64,000 bases of DNA from Mobula hypostoma (GCF_963921235.1 NC_086097.1:165852001-165916000); one strand, 5' to 3'. Counted from the first letter of the stretch, positions 13,129-27,026 are shown. Notes: generated by a model not told the origin, from the sequence alone. A program made the numbers and translations.

Positions 13129-13364
13129 ATAAGCTCTTCTTGGGCTTTCTGTTGGGTACAGGTATGGATTATAACTGACATTTCAATGACAAACTCTGCC
13201 ATCTTCTTCAAGGATACCTAGCCTGCTGGTTTTATACCTCGCTGTCCATCCCTTCCGATTGGTTAGTACTCATCCAATCAGGTTTCTGCTCTCCCACCTT
13301 GAGTACAATTGAATTTCAGTCCTTGGAGTGAGACCTTCATCTTTGTTAATATTCTTCTCCACTA

Positions 13365-14272
13365 CAGTCGGCCCTCCTTATCTGCGAGTTCCGCATGCGC
13401 GAATTCAACCAACCGCGAATTGAGAAAACCCAGAAGTGCTCTTCCAGCACTTGCTGTTCGAGCATGTACAGACTTTTTTCCCTTGTCATTATTCCCTAAA
13501 CAATGCAGTATAACAACTATTATACGTAGAATTTATATTGTATTAGGTATTCTAAGTAATCTAGAGATAATTCAAAGTATACGGGAGGATGTGCGTAGGT
13601 TATCGTGGATCGGGATTGGAAAAAAACCGGAAGTTCTCTTACTAAGTAAGTTGGAACAGGTACATCCGCTATTATTTAGCGTCAGTTAGTCAAACATTTG
13701 TCTTAGTATATAGTACATATTTTACCTTTCTATGCAAACAAAATACTTAAGAAACGTATGTTTCAGCACCCGGGCTTGGGAGCGGAAGTTCCCGAGTTCG
13801 ATCCAGTGACAGATTGCTCCCAAGTGTGCTGTCCATCCCTGCTGGGTTGATGTGGAGGATCAATAACCCAAAACCCCAAAACCCAATAATTAAACCACTG
13901 TGTTGCTTAGTAATAATTGTAGCTGTAATCGGGCAGGGTGTTTCTAATTTTATCCTTTAAAATTGTTCCGATCATTGACCGACTGTAGCTTAACGCTTTT
14001 CCAATGACCGATGGCGTTTCATCTCTTTATGATCGCTTTATTATTTCCACTTTAAATTGCGATCGTGATTATTTTCGTGACCAGAAATACTGCGGATTCA
14101 GAGCTCCGCCGCCGGGTCCTAATGCCCACCGCACTGAGACAGGTTAAATAAGGTCCGGGGTTCCGCTGGGTCCTAAAGTCCACTGCATTTAGACAGGTCG
14201 AATAAGGGACTTGAGCATCCACATTTTATTGGTATCCGGAAGCAATCCCTCGCGGATAAGGAGGGCCAACTG
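13365..14272. mobile_element. Tigger/pogo-type non-autonomous TIR element (MITE)
   Basis: TIRs CAGTCGGCCCTCCTTATCTGCG / CGCGGATAAGGAGGGCCAACTG. TA duplication at 13363-13364 and 14273-14274. Confidence 0.9.
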
Positions 14273-14599
14273 TAGTTTTATTTCAATGGATTTCTTTACC
14301 AGGCTGTCCAGAAAGCCATTGGCACAGCACAGTAATTTGTGCTATCAAAGTCAGTCCTATGGCCGTTGTGAATGCAGTGTTCTACTACTGATAATTTCTT
14401 CAGATAACACAAACGGATATACCTCCTGTACTCCTTGATGCAGATTTCCAAGGTGCGTCTGTCTGGCCAATTATACGCTGCTCCATATTTACAGGGAATC
14501 CTGTAAATGCCAGCCAGTTTGAGTCCAGGTCATCTTTGACCTGCATAAACTGTGACTTGAGCTTCCTTACAGGTTTGTGGATGGTATTAATTGGTTTTC

Positions 14600-15190
14600 T
14601 GTGTTCAGTTCTGATCATCTCACTATGGGAAGGATTGGTTTTCTGTGTTCAGTTTTGATCACCTCACTACAGGAAGGATGTGGAGACTATAGAGAGAGTG
14701 CAGAGGAGATTTACAAGCATATTGCCTGGATTGGAGGGCGTACCTTATGAGAATAGGTTGAGTGTACCTGGTCTTTTCTCCTTGGAGTGACGGAGGATGA
14801 GAGGTGACCTTGATAGAACTGTATAAGATGATGAGGGGCCTTGTTTGTGTGGATAGCCGGAGGCTTTTTCCCAGGGCTGAAATCGGTAACCCAAGGTGGC
14901 ATAGTTTTAAGGTGGTTGGAAATGGGTATCGAGGAGATATCAGGGGTAAGTTTTTAAGCTTTTACACAGAGTGGTGGTTTCATGGAATGCCTTGCCAGTG
15001 GCGGTGGGGGAAGTGGATACAATAGGTTCTTTTAAGAGCCTCTTAGGTACATGAAGCTTAGAAAAATAGAGGGCTATGCGCTAGGGTAATTCTAGGCAGT
15101 TTCTAAAGTAGGTTACATGGTTGGCACAACATTGTGGGCCGAAGGGCCTGTAATGTGCTGTAAATTTCTGTGTTCTATGTCTATGTTCAA
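14600..15190 (+). mobile_element. CR1-type LINE 3' fragment nested in the PLE
   Basis: DLIELYKMMRG and (TCTATG)-like tail. Confidence 0.85.
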
Positions 15191-16589
15191 TGATTTTTTT
15201 ACAGGATCCTGGTGATCCTTCCAGAAACACTGGAAATGTAGGAAAGACAGGCAGTAGCGATGGGTTCCTCCTCATTGTTGGGTTTCCTAGTATTGTATCT
15301 CAACCCTTTTAAGGGCCCGATTGATTTCCTTCGGCTTGTAGCCATTCTGTAGGAACATGGTGCCCAAGTCCGAAATAGTTTTTGCATGGTTAATCAAAGT
15401 AGAAAGAATCGCTCTATATTGGGAGGCACGATGATGGCTGTTATTGTTGAGGTATAAGTCGGTGTGAATGGGTTTCCGATAGATGCCATGTCCGAGGTTA
15501 CTGTCCAGTTTCCGTCGTATTAGAATGTCCAGGAATGAGAGGCAACCATTCTTCTCCATCTGCATTGTAAATTGAGTATTTGGATGTATACTGTTCAGAT
15601 GATTGTGGAACTGTTGCAGTGCCTGGAGTCCATGAAGCCACACTACGAAGGTGTCATTGACATATCTGAAGAAGCATTTGGGGCGTAAGGGTTATCCCAT
15701 GTCCACTCTGTCCATTTGTTTATTGTAATTCCCCTTATACAGGAAGTATGTCAATGTAAGGGTGTGTTCAAAAAAGTTAATAGTATCCTTATCAAACTTT
15801 GACCGCAGGAGGACCAAGCTGTCCTTAATGGGAACTCTCATGACTAGGGACACCATGTTGAAACTGACCATTATGTCCCTTGGGTTCAGCTGGATGTTGG
15901 TTATCGTTTTAACGAAGTCAGTCGAATTTGTGATCTGATGCTTTCAGCCCTCAACAAAGGGAGACAGTGTGGTCATTAAATGCTTAGTGAGGTACTGAGT
16001 CGGAGAATTTATCCCACAGACAATAGGCCTCTGGAGAACATTCCTTGTATATCTTAGGGAATCCATAAAGTCTTGATGGTACTGGCATCAGAGGCAGAAG
16101 TGGCTGCCTATGTCTACTAGGAGGCTGGATTTCTTCAGTAAAGTGGTCATCCTGACAATCGAATCCGTACAATCCCACTGTAGAACTCCTGTAGGTGGGG
16201 TCATCCAGAATCTGTTGAACTTTCCTGTGGTATTCCTCAGAGGTGATCAGAACTGTTGCATTTCCCTTGTCTGCTGGTAAAATCATGATGGCTAGGTTTT
16301 GCCGTAATGCCTGGAGGGTCAGTTGCTCTTCTCTTGTAGTGTTCAATTTTGACAAAACAGCTCTTTTTAAGGCCATTGCCTCCTTCATGGTGGTAGTTTT
16401 CAGATTACTTGTTCTACTCTGCCAAAGTAGTCCTGATAAGGTATAGCTCTGCGGACTGGAGCGAAGTTTAGCCCCCTGACGAGGACTGATCTATTCACCT
16501 TAAAACATAGAAATATAGAAAACCTACAGCACAATGCAGGCCCTTTGGCCCACAAAATTGTACCGAACATGTCCCTACCTTAGAAATTA

Positions 16590-17600
16590 CCATAAATTTG
16601 TGTATAAGCCGAGAATTTGGCCCTAAATTTTGGTCCTAAAATTAGGGGGTTGGCTTATACATAGGGTGCCAACTTTGGAAAAATGAATACACGGAAGACA
16701 GGTCATATTTATTGGCTATTTTTGAGTCAAATACAAAAGAAAATACGCTTATGAAATCTACACAAAAGAAAAGATCTACAAAACACATTCTGTTTCTCAA
16801 TTGTGCACTCTGTTCTCGTCAAACATTCAGAGCTTGAAACTCTCACACTCTTCACTATTTGACTCTCCGAAAATCGCGTCCCATTCTTCGGCAGTCACCA
16901 TATCATCGTAAGGATTGTCAATTTCTGCTTCAACATTGTCATTTGCAGCTTTACTGGCTGCCTTCTTCCCAAAGCAAATGATCTTCAGTGCCATCCACTG
17001 TCGACGCATGAATTCTTTGAATGGTTTGTTTAAACTCACATCTAGTGGCTGGAGCATGGACGTCAAACCACCGGGGATGACTGCAATGTCCGTATTTTCA
17101 GCTTTCAATGCTGCTTTTGTCTCACCTGACAAGTGCGCTTTGAACATGTCCCAGACAAGTAGCAACTTTTCCTTCCTGAAACCTTCGAGATGTCGACGTC
17201 ACACCTCTTTAACCCACTTCAAGCAACCTACTTCATCCATCCAGCTGCGTTCTTGAACATAAACAACACCCCGTGGGAATTTTTCTTTCTTTGGGAGTGT
17301 TTTCCTCTTTAAAAATCACGATCGGTGGTAGTTCGGTCCCATCAGCCATTCACGTTAACACAACAGTAAAATGTTGCTGCTTGCGTCCAGTTGTTCTAAC
17401 AAGGACTGTTTTCTCCCCCTTCTGATTGACAGTGCGGTTGCCAGCAAAGTCAAAGAATATTGGTGTCTCGTCCATGTTACCAGTCAGTGAGAGCGGGTAA
17501 GAATGTGCCTTTCGATGCTTGATTACAAACGATTGGAAGGCCATAATCTTATTCTCAAGGTCGCTTGGCAACTTTTTTTGTCTCAACACAAGATCACATC
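16590..17600 (-). mobile_element. pogo-family DNA transposon, 3' part with DDE transposase remnant
   Basis: GNMDETPIFFD, LLVWDMFKAHL and IPGGLTSMLQPLDVSLNKPFK. Terminal-like TA|CCATAAATTTGTGTATAAGCCG at 16590. Confidence 0.85.
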
Positions 17601-20600
17601 TTGAGGTTGATGGTTGTACTCTCATTGACCAAGTCTTGAAATGAGCATGAGCATTGCATTTGTCTTCTTTACTATTGACTAAACCTGTAAGTTAACCTTT
17701 AGAGTATCCTCCATGTGGTCTTTCCATCTCCCGTGATGCTTCAGTTAGTGACATCAGCGAGGAATCAGGTTGTCCACAGGGCCCCACTCTGAAGGCGCAC
17801 GTCTTGCAGGCCACACCTGGAGATATCGCAATGCCAGACAACTTGGCAAGTTCTAAGAGTGAGAACCCAGCGACATAGTTTGAGATGTACATCAAGGACC
17901 CCAATAGGACCCCAGACACCTTGAAGAGGAAAAAAGAGATGTGTGAAGAGAAGAAATTAAGCTGTTTCATGGTTGAACTGGAAGAAATCATCCAGGTCTG
18001 CAAAAACCTTAGGTGCCACCTTTAGCTCCTCCCACTACAGGTCATCAGCTGCAGCTCCATTTCCTTAACACAGTTTTGATGAGTGGACTTCAACATGAGA
18101 AGTTAACTTTTTCTATAAATGTTGCTGTGCCTGCTCAGTGTCTCTGGTAGTTTTTGTTCTTAATTCAAATTTTTAGCATCTCCAGTTCCCTTTTAAAAAA
18201 AATTTCATGTTGAGCTAACTACTTAATTTCTCCATTTGTCATTATGGGATACAAACGTGTGTTTTGGGAGCCATTTTAATTGAAAATATACAGTCTTAAT
18301 TTAAGCAGACTCTTACTGTTTTCTGAAAGCTGAGTGACCAGCGGTACTCTGAGCTATTTAAATTTCTGCCATTAACTGCTTCGGATAATACTTGTGGATA
18401 ATGTTTAAGTCTAAATTTTCTGGGGATATACTTTAGGACTTCAAAATTCAAATCTTATAACCACTTTTCTTGTTGCTGTTCAATATGTTGTGCTACTAAA
18501 ATAGAATATTTGAATATTGAAGTTGTATAATAAATTATTTGTGAATTTCCTAATTTCCATATAATAAAACAGAAAAAACATCAATTTTAACAATCGCAAG
18601 AATTACTGGAAGCTCCAGTAGAAAAACAAGAATTGAACTTGGACAGCATCAATGGTAAAGTGAAATGTGAATTGTTAGTGTACTACTTTGCAAATACAGA
18701 AATTAAAGTCATTTTCATCACTTGCTATGGTCATAATTTAATTATTTTTACTATTATTGTTACAGAGAAGTTGAATTGTATTGCAAGGATGCATATTGTA
18801 ATTTACTCCACTTTGAAGTGTGCTTCATCAATAATTTGTGTACATGTGCAGCAATATCTTGAAAAAGAATCCTGTGCAAATACAAAAAAGAAAAAAAAAA
18901 CAATAAATATTGAGAGCACGAGATGATGAGTACTTGTAAGTGAGTCCATAGGTTGTGGGAGCAGTTCAGTGTTTAGAAACATAAAAAAACCTACAGCACA
19001 GTACAGGTCCTTCAGCCCACAAAGTTGTGCTGAACATGTCCTTACCTTAGAACTACCTAGGCTAACCCATAGCCCTCTTTTTCTAAGCTCCAGGTACCTA
19101 TCCAGGAGTCTCTTTAAAAGATCCTATCATTTCTGCCTCCACTGCCGCCGGCAGCCCATTGCACATACTCACCACTCTGAGTTTTTTAAAAAGAACAACA
19201 TCCCTGACATTTCCTCTGTATCTACTTCCAAGCACCTTAAAACTGTGCCCTCTCGTGCTAGCCATTTCAGCCCTGGGGGGAAAAGCCTCTGACTATCCAC
19301 ACGATCAATGCCTCTCATTATCTTGTACACCTCTATCAGGTCACCTCCCATCCTCAGTCGCTCCAAGGAGAAAAGGCCGAGTTCACTCAACCTATTCTCA
19401 CAAGGCATGCTCCCCAATCCAAGCAACATCCTTGTACATCTCCTTTGCACGCTTTCTATGGTTTCCACATCCTTCCTGTAGTGAGGCGACCAGAATTGAG
19501 CACAGTACTCCAAGTGGGGACTGACTGGGGTCCTATATAGCTGCAACATTACCTCGCGGCTCTTAAACTCAATCCCACGATTGATGAAGGCCAAAGCACC
19601 GTATGCCGCCTTAACCACAGAGTCAACCCGCGTAGCAGCTTTGAGTGTCCTATGGACTCGGACACCAAGATCCCTCTGATCCTCCATACTGCCAAGATTC
19701 TTACCATTAATAGTATATTCGGCCATCTTATTTGACCTACCAAAATGAACCACCTCACACTTATTTGGGTTGAACTCCATCTGCCACTTCTCAGCCCAGT
19801 TTTGCATCCTATCAATGTCTTGTTGTAACCTCTGACAGCCCTTCACTCTATCCACAACACCTCCAACCTTTGTGTTATCGGCAAATTTACTAACCCATCC
19901 CTCCACTTCCTCATCCAGGTCATTTATTAGAATCACAGAGTAAGAGTCCTAGAACAGATCCCTGAGGCACACCACTGGTCACCGACCTCCATGCAGAATA
20001 TGACCCATCTACAACCACTCTTTGCCTTCTGTGGGCAAGCCAGTTCTGGATCCACAAAGCAATGTCCCCTTGGATCCCATGCCTCCTTACTTTCTCAATA
20101 AGCCTTGCATGGGGTACCTTATCAAATGCCTTGCTAAAATCCATGTACATTACATCTACGGTTCTACCTTCATCAATGTGTCTAGTCACATTCTCAGAAA
20201 ATTCAATCAGGTTTGTAAGGCATGACCTGCCTTTGACAAAGCCATGTTGACTTTTCCTAATCGTATTATGCCTCTCCAAATGTTCATAAATCCTGCTGCT
20301 CAGGATCTTCTCCATCAACTTACCAACCACTGAAGTAAGACCCACTCGTTTATAATTTCCTGGACTATCCCTACTCTCCTTGAATAAGGGAACAACGTCA
20401 GCAACCCTCCAATCCTCCAGAACCTCTCCCGTCCTCATTGTGGATGCAAAGATTATCGCCAGAGGCTCAGCAAGCTCCTCCCTCACTTCCCACAGTAGCC
20501 TAGGGTACATCCTGTCTGGTCCTAGTGACTTATCCAACTTGATGCTTTCCTAAGGCTCCAGCTCATCCTCCTCCTCAATATCTACATGCGCAAGCTTTTC

Positions 20601-20788
20601 AGTCCATTGCAAGTCATCCCTACAGTCACTAAGATCCTTTTCCATAGTGAATACTGAAGCAAAGTATTCATTAAGTACCTCTGCTATCTTCTCTGGTTCC
20701 ATACACACTTTTCCACTGTTGCACTTGATTGGTCCTATTCTCTCACGTCTTCTCCTCTTGCTCTTCACGTACTTGTAGATTCAGAATC

Positions 20789-23073
20789 ACAAGGAGATAC
20801 TGCAAAAGAACAATGGTCATACCTTCGCAACACCATCCACGAATCGGCACTCTCTATCTTTGGAAGAAAGACCACAAAGAGCAGTGACTGGTTTGAGGCA
20901 AAGTCCAACATCATGACTCCTGTTATTGAAGCCAAGCATGCAGCTCTCATAGAGTACAGGCGCTCACCATCCGACCAAACACTCCAGGCACTTCGAGCTG
21001 CTAGAAGCAAAGTGCAACAGACTGCAGGGCAGTGCGCAAATGAGCACTGGCTCCAGCTCAGTGAGGACATTCAGACAGCAGCTGTGACAGGCAACATCAG
21101 ATCAATGTATGATGGTATCAAGAATGCTCTTGGCCCATTGCAGAGCAAGACAGCACACCAGCGGTGAAATAATCACCAATAAAAGCAAGCAGATGGAACG
21201 CTGGGTAGAACACTATTCTGAGCTCTACTCGAGGGAAAATGTTGTTAGCTCAGCCATTGATGCCATCGATTGTCTACCAGTCATGGATGAACTCTACTCC
21301 GAACCAACCATTGAGGACCGCAGCAAGGCAATTGACAGTCTGGCCCCAGGGAAAGGTCCTGGCAATGATGGGATTCCTCCAGACCTGTTCAAACACTGCA
21401 GGAGCTCACTTCTCCAACCTTTACACAAGGTCCTCTGTCAGTGCTGGAAGGAAGGAGCCATACCACAGGAAATGCGCGACTCCAAAATCGTCACTTTGTA
21501 CAAGAACAAGGATGATGGGAGTGACTGCAACAACTGCAGAGGTATCTCCCTCCTGAGTATTGTCGGCAAGGGCTTTACTTGTGTAACTCTGGCACGTCTA
21601 CAAACTCTGGCAGAACGGGTCTACCCTGAGTCCCAATGTGGTTTTTGCGCAAGGAGGTCAACTGTCGACATGATTTTCTCACTCCGTCGACTCCAGGAGA
21701 AGTGCAGGGAACAACAGAAACTCCTCTATGTCGCTTTCATCGACTTGACCAAGGCATTCAACCTTGTCAGCAGGGATGGGCTCTTTCAGATTCTCCTTAA
21801 GATCGGCTGTCCCCTGAAATTCCAAAGTATCATCAAGTCATTTCATGATGACATGAGGGCTACTGTTCAGTACGATGGCAGCTCATCAGAACCCTTCGCT
21901 ATTCGTAGTGGAGTCAAACAAGGATGCGTGTTGACCCCAACATTATTCAGCATCTTCTTCTCTATGCTATTGAAGCACGCGTTTAAATCAATAGAAGGTA
22001 TCCACATGCACACCAGGTCTAATGGGTGGCTGTTCAACCCTGCATGCCTGAGAGCAAGAACAGAGGTGCGAAAGATCTTAATACATGACATGCTCTTTCC
22101 CAATGACGCTGCTATTACCTCGCACACCAAACAGCAACTACAAACTCTCATGGACCGTTTCTTTAAGGCATGCAAGGACTTTGGGCTTACCATCAGCCTA
22201 AAGAAAACAAATGTCCTTGCCCAGAATGTAGTGGAGACACCGGTCATTACCATTGACAATTACGATCTAGAAGTGGTCTACGAGTTCATATACTTGAGGT
22301 TGACCTTTAGCGACACTCTCTCCCTCTGCTGAAATCAATAGGCGTATCAGCAAAGCAACATCGATCCTTGCTTGACTCTCCTCACGGGTCTGGAAGAATC
22401 CGGAACTCGCTACAAAGACCAAGACTGCCGTGTACAATGCATGCGTTATCAGCACCCTCCTGTATGGTAGCGAGACTTGGACCATCTATTCCAAACAGGA
22501 GAGGAAAGTCAGTAGTTTTCCCCTGCGCAGCCTTCGCCGCATCCTCAGCATCACCTGGAGAGACATAGCCCCAAACTCTGAGGTCCTCTCCCACGCTGGT
22601 CTTCCCACAATGTTCACGCTTTTAAGACAACGCAGACTGCGCTGGCTGGGCCACGTCTGTCGTATGAAGGATGATAGACTGTCAAAGGACATCCTCTATG
22701 GAGAACTAGCAACAGGCAAGAGGAACGTTGGTAGACCCCAGCTTCGCTTCAAGGACCTCTGCAAGCGCGACATGAAAGCCTTAAAAATCAGCAGAGAGTG
22801 CTAGGAGGATACAGCAGATGACCGCAACAAATGGCGAGGTACTCTTCAGCAATACCTAGAGCAAGGCGAAAGAGTGATCCTGAGTCAGTTTGAGGACTAA
22901 ATGGAGAGCACAGCGGACAACAGTTCCACGACGCCTTACACATGCAGCAACTGTGGCAGAGCCTACCATTCCAGGATCGGTCTCAATAGCCACAGTCGAC
23001 GTTGCTCAACAAACCAGTGACTACCAGAGGCGCAGTACCCATGGTCGACCATGACCGATGGAGGCCACACACA
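20789..23073 (+). mobile_element. RTE-clade LINE, 5'-truncated
   Basis: 407-aa RT ORF (ESQCGF, FIDLTKAF, GVKQGCVL), then STLLYGSETW and RRLRWLGHV.RM. C-terminal CxxC..H..C knuckle, short (CA)n tail, and an imperfect 36-bp flanking duplication. Confidence 0.9.
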
Positions 23074-23100
23074 TCTTCTTGCTCTTCTTGTACTTGTAAA

Positions 23101-23612
23101 ATCAGAATCGGGTTTATTATCACCGGCATGTGACGTGAAATTTGTTAACTTAGCAGCAGCAGTTCAATGCAATACATAATCTAGCAGAAAGAGAGGGAAA
23201 AAAAACATAATAAATAAGTAAATCAATTATGTATATTGAATAGATTATTAAAAAATGTGCAAAAACTGAAATACTGTATATTTAAGAAAGTGAGGTAGTG
23301 TCCAGAGCTTCAAAGTCCATTTAGGAATCAGATGGCAGAGGGGAAGAAGCTGTTCCTGAATCACTGAGTGTGTGCCTTCAGGCTTCTGTATCTCCTACCT
23401 GATGGCAACAGTGAGAAAAGGGCATGCCCTGGGTGCTGGAGGTCTTCAATGGATGCTGCCAGTCTGAGACACCGCTCCCTAAAGATGTCCTGGGTACCTT
23501 GTAGGCTAGTGCCCAAGATGACTAGATTTACAACCTTCTGCAGCTTCTTTTGGTCTTGTGCAGTAGCCCCTCCATACCAGACAGTGATGCAGCCTGTCAG
23601 AATGCTCTCCAC
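23101..23612 (-). mobile_element. Rex1/Babar-like LINE 3' fragment nested in CR1
   Basis: VESILTGCITVWYG and HPGHALFSLLPSGRRYRS. Confidence 0.8.
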
Positions 23613-24769
23613 CGCTTTGGGGTTTTCCTTAATCCTGTCCACCAAGGCCTTCTCATGGCCCCTTGAAGCTTTCCTAATTTCATTCTTAAGCTCCTTCCTG
23701 CTAGCCTTATAATCTTCTAGATCTCTATGTTTACCTAGTGTGTTTTTTTTTGAACCTTTTGTAAGCTCTTTCTTGACTAGATTTACAAAGCCTTTGTACA
23801 CCATGGTTCCTGTACCCTACCATCCTTTCCCCGTTTTGTTGGAATGTACCTATGCAGAACCCCACGCAAATATCCCCTGAACATTAGCCACATTTCTTCT
23901 GTACATTTCTCTGAGAACATCTGTTTCCAATTTATGCTTCCAAGTTCCTGCCTGATAGCCTCATATTTCCCCTTACCCAAATTAAACATTTCCCTAACTT
24001 GTCTGTTCCTATCCCTCTCCAATGCTATGGTAAAAGAGATAGAATTGTGATCACCATCTCCAAAATGCTCTGCCACTGAGAGACCTAACAACTGACCAGA
24101 TTCATTTCCCGATACCAGATCAAGTACAGCCTCTCCTCTTGTAGGCTTATCTACATATTGTGTCAGGAAACCTTCCTGAACACATCTTACAAACTCCACC
24201 CCCTCTTAACTGCTCACTCTAGGGCGATGCCAATCAATATTTGGGAAATTAAAATCTCCCCCCCACAACAGCCCTGTTACTATTACACCTTTCCAGAATC
24301 TGTCTCCCTATCTGCTCCTTGACGTCCCTGTTACAATTTGGTGGTCTTTTTAAAGAAAAAAAACACCCAGTAGAGTTATTGATCCCTTCCTATTCCTAAC
24401 TTCCACCCACAGAGACTCCGTAGAGATCCCCTCCATGACTTCCTCCTTTTCTGCATTCGTGACACTATCTCTGATCAATAGTGGCACACCCCCACCTCTT
24501 TTGCCTCCCTCCCTGTCCTTTCTGAAACATCTAAAGCCTGGCACTTGAAGTAACCATTCCTGTCCCTGCATCATCCAAGTCTCTAATGGCCACAACATCA
24601 TATAGGTCCAAGTGCTGATCCACGCTCTAAATCCATCCGCTTTGTTTCTAATACTCTTCGCATTAAAATAGACACATCTCAAACCATCGGTCTGAGTACG
24701 TCCCTTCTCTATCACCTGCCTATCCTCCCTTTTGCACTGTCTCCAAGCTTTCTCTGTTTGGGTGACTGA

Positions 24770-25810
24770 AATTGAATGAATAAAGGTACCTGCTCTGCTT
24801 CAAGAGCCTGATGGTGAGGACTAATAGCTGTTTCTGAACCTGGTGGAGTCGTCCCAATGCTCCTGTACCTCTTCCCTGATGACAGCAGTAAGAGGAGAGC
24901 ATGGCTTGATAGTGGGATTGTTTATGAAAGATGCTACTTTCCTGCAACAACCCTCCTTGTAGATGTGCTCAATGGTGGAGAGGGTTTTACCTATGATCTA
25001 CTGGGCTGGATCCACTACTTTTTGTGGGTTTTTTTGTTCAAAGACATTTGTGTTTCCATACCAGGCTGTGATACAATCAGTCAGTATACTCTCCACCGCA
25101 TATCTATTGAATTTTGTCCACATTTTAGATGACATGCCAAATCTTCGCAAACTTCTAGGAAAGTAGACACTGAATTTGACGTAATTGCACGCGTACGGGA
25201 CCCAGGTCAACTCTAAGGAATTTAAAGTTACTGACCCACTCCACCTCTGATCTCCTGTTGAGGACTGGCTCATGGCTCTCTATTTTCTTCTTGTCAATAA
25301 TCAGCTCCTTTGTTTTGCTGACATTGTGTGAGGTTGTTGTGTGGCATCACTCAGTAAGATTTTCAATCTCCCTCCTGTATGCTGAATCGTCACCACCTTT
25401 GTTTCAGCTAACAACAGTGGTGTCGTCAGCAAACTTAAATATGGCGTTGGAACTATGCTTAGCCTGGTATAAAGTGAGTAAGGTAGGGGGCTAAGACTAA
25501 GTGCCTTCTGGTGATTGTGGAGTAAATGTTGTGAATCTGAACTGACTGGGGTCTGTAAGTGAGGAAATTGAAGATCCAGTGACCAAGAAGGTATTCAGGC
25601 CAAGATCTTGGAACTAGTTTTGAGGGGATGGTAGTATTGAATGCTGATCTGTAGTCAATGAAGAGCATCCTGATGTTTGCATCTTCACTATCTAGATATT
25701 TCAGGGTTGAGTGAAGAGCCAATGAAACGGCATCTACTGTGACCTATTATGACAGTAGGCGAATTGGAGTGGATCCAAGTTTCTTCTCGGGTAGGAGTTG
25801 TTATTTTACC
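24770..25810 (-). mobile_element. Rex1/Babar-like LINE RT fragment, degraded
   Basis: RMLFIDYRSAFNT and VESILTDCITAWYG. Confidence 0.75.
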
Positions 25811-27026
25811 AGAGCAAGTTATAGTCCATGAATGAGTGCTGATCAATAATAATTTTTGCATTAAATTTACTGTCATGATCCACTGATTTACCAATTTACC
25901 CTTGAAAACTGATTGCTAATCAGATTGTGTATTTAGAGATCCTTCACTACCTAGTGGTTCACTCTCCCCCCCCGCCGCTCCCCCCAAAGATAAGGGAAGT
26001 ATCTAAGCTGTATTGTCTAAGTTTTGCTGGTTTAGAGGTACATGTGTATAGAAAGAATACTAGTTCCGTGCAACAACTTACCTTAAATTGTAACAGGTTT
26101 AAATATTAATCTGATTATATCTATGTTCACCAGTAAGTTTTTTTTGTTTAGTGCCCTTTTCCAAAATCCAAGTCCAGGACAACGTGGTAAGTTAGATTCT
26201 GGTTAGAAACTGCATACTGATCACAGGTTTTTTGTTCTGGTTTTGGAAATTCAAAAGAGTTAATTTTTAAGATCAAGTTTTAATCTTCTGAAAAGAGATG
26301 TCAGTATAATAACATACATCTATTTTTAGGTGAGAGCCTCCTCCAGTTTTTATTCAAAGTTAACTTACTGGATGTCATCCCATTGAATACGATTTTAATC
26401 TGGATTTTGGCAAACTAGCTACTAGTGTCTATTTTATAATTAACTGGAATATTTTCAATGATATGACTACAATCTGTTGAACTTTGAAAAGGTAATCTTG
26501 GTTTCAGTTTATGATAATATGCTTTATATTACTTTAAATTAGCACTTTTCATTGCTCTACTCATGGCAACAGATAATGTTTTAACCTAATAGTTTGTGTT
26601 GCACCCATTTACTTCCTAATACAGATTGGTTCTCTTTTGCCTGGCTCCACACTTCAACATTCAAATGCATCTACCACATCTCTGGAAGTAGCTTCTCTAC
26701 ACAGCCCTATATTGTGTCTGTGGAAGTGCTCCAAGCAACCCCATTACTCTCCCGCCCCCCCCCAACCGCACTTTATTGTTCCCCATTTCATATTGTATAC
26801 ATATGACAAAAAAGATCTGATGAGGAAGTAGAATATTTTTTTTTTAAAAAAGGGAACTATATTAGGAGAGATTATTTAACCTTAGTGGGAAGCTTTCAGT
26901 AACAATAATCCTACATGGATATGTAAAGGGAAGTCATTTTTCACTAGCAGTTTGTTAATTATGCAAATAATAGGAATGATTTTGACCATTTGTGGTGGCA
27001 ATAAGTATCTAGAAGATATCTGATAA

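Larger units (their letters stand above)
13130..16500 (-). mobile_element. Penelope-like element of a second family (RT + GIY-YIG), interrupted by a MITE and a CR1
   Basis: PADKGNATV, RLYGFPKIYK, HLNSIHPNTQFTM..FLDI, YRKPIHTDLYL and AGIYRIPC. The reading KKSIEIKL|VEKNINKDEG is split by the MITE. Confidence 0.85.
18975..24760 (-). mobile_element. CR1-type LINE with near-complete ORF2 region, interrupted by RTE and Rex1-like insertions
   Basis: Endonuclease motifs (CVYFNAKSIRNK, GGGVPLLI) through RT motifs (DFSKAFDKVPH, GVPQGSVLG, KFADNTK) to the 3' tail. Contains stops and frameshifts. Confidence 0.9.

Noticed and set aside
23361..23804. 147-aa ORF that looks like a fusion protein
   Set aside because: It reads across the junction of a CR1 and a nested Rex1-like fragment.
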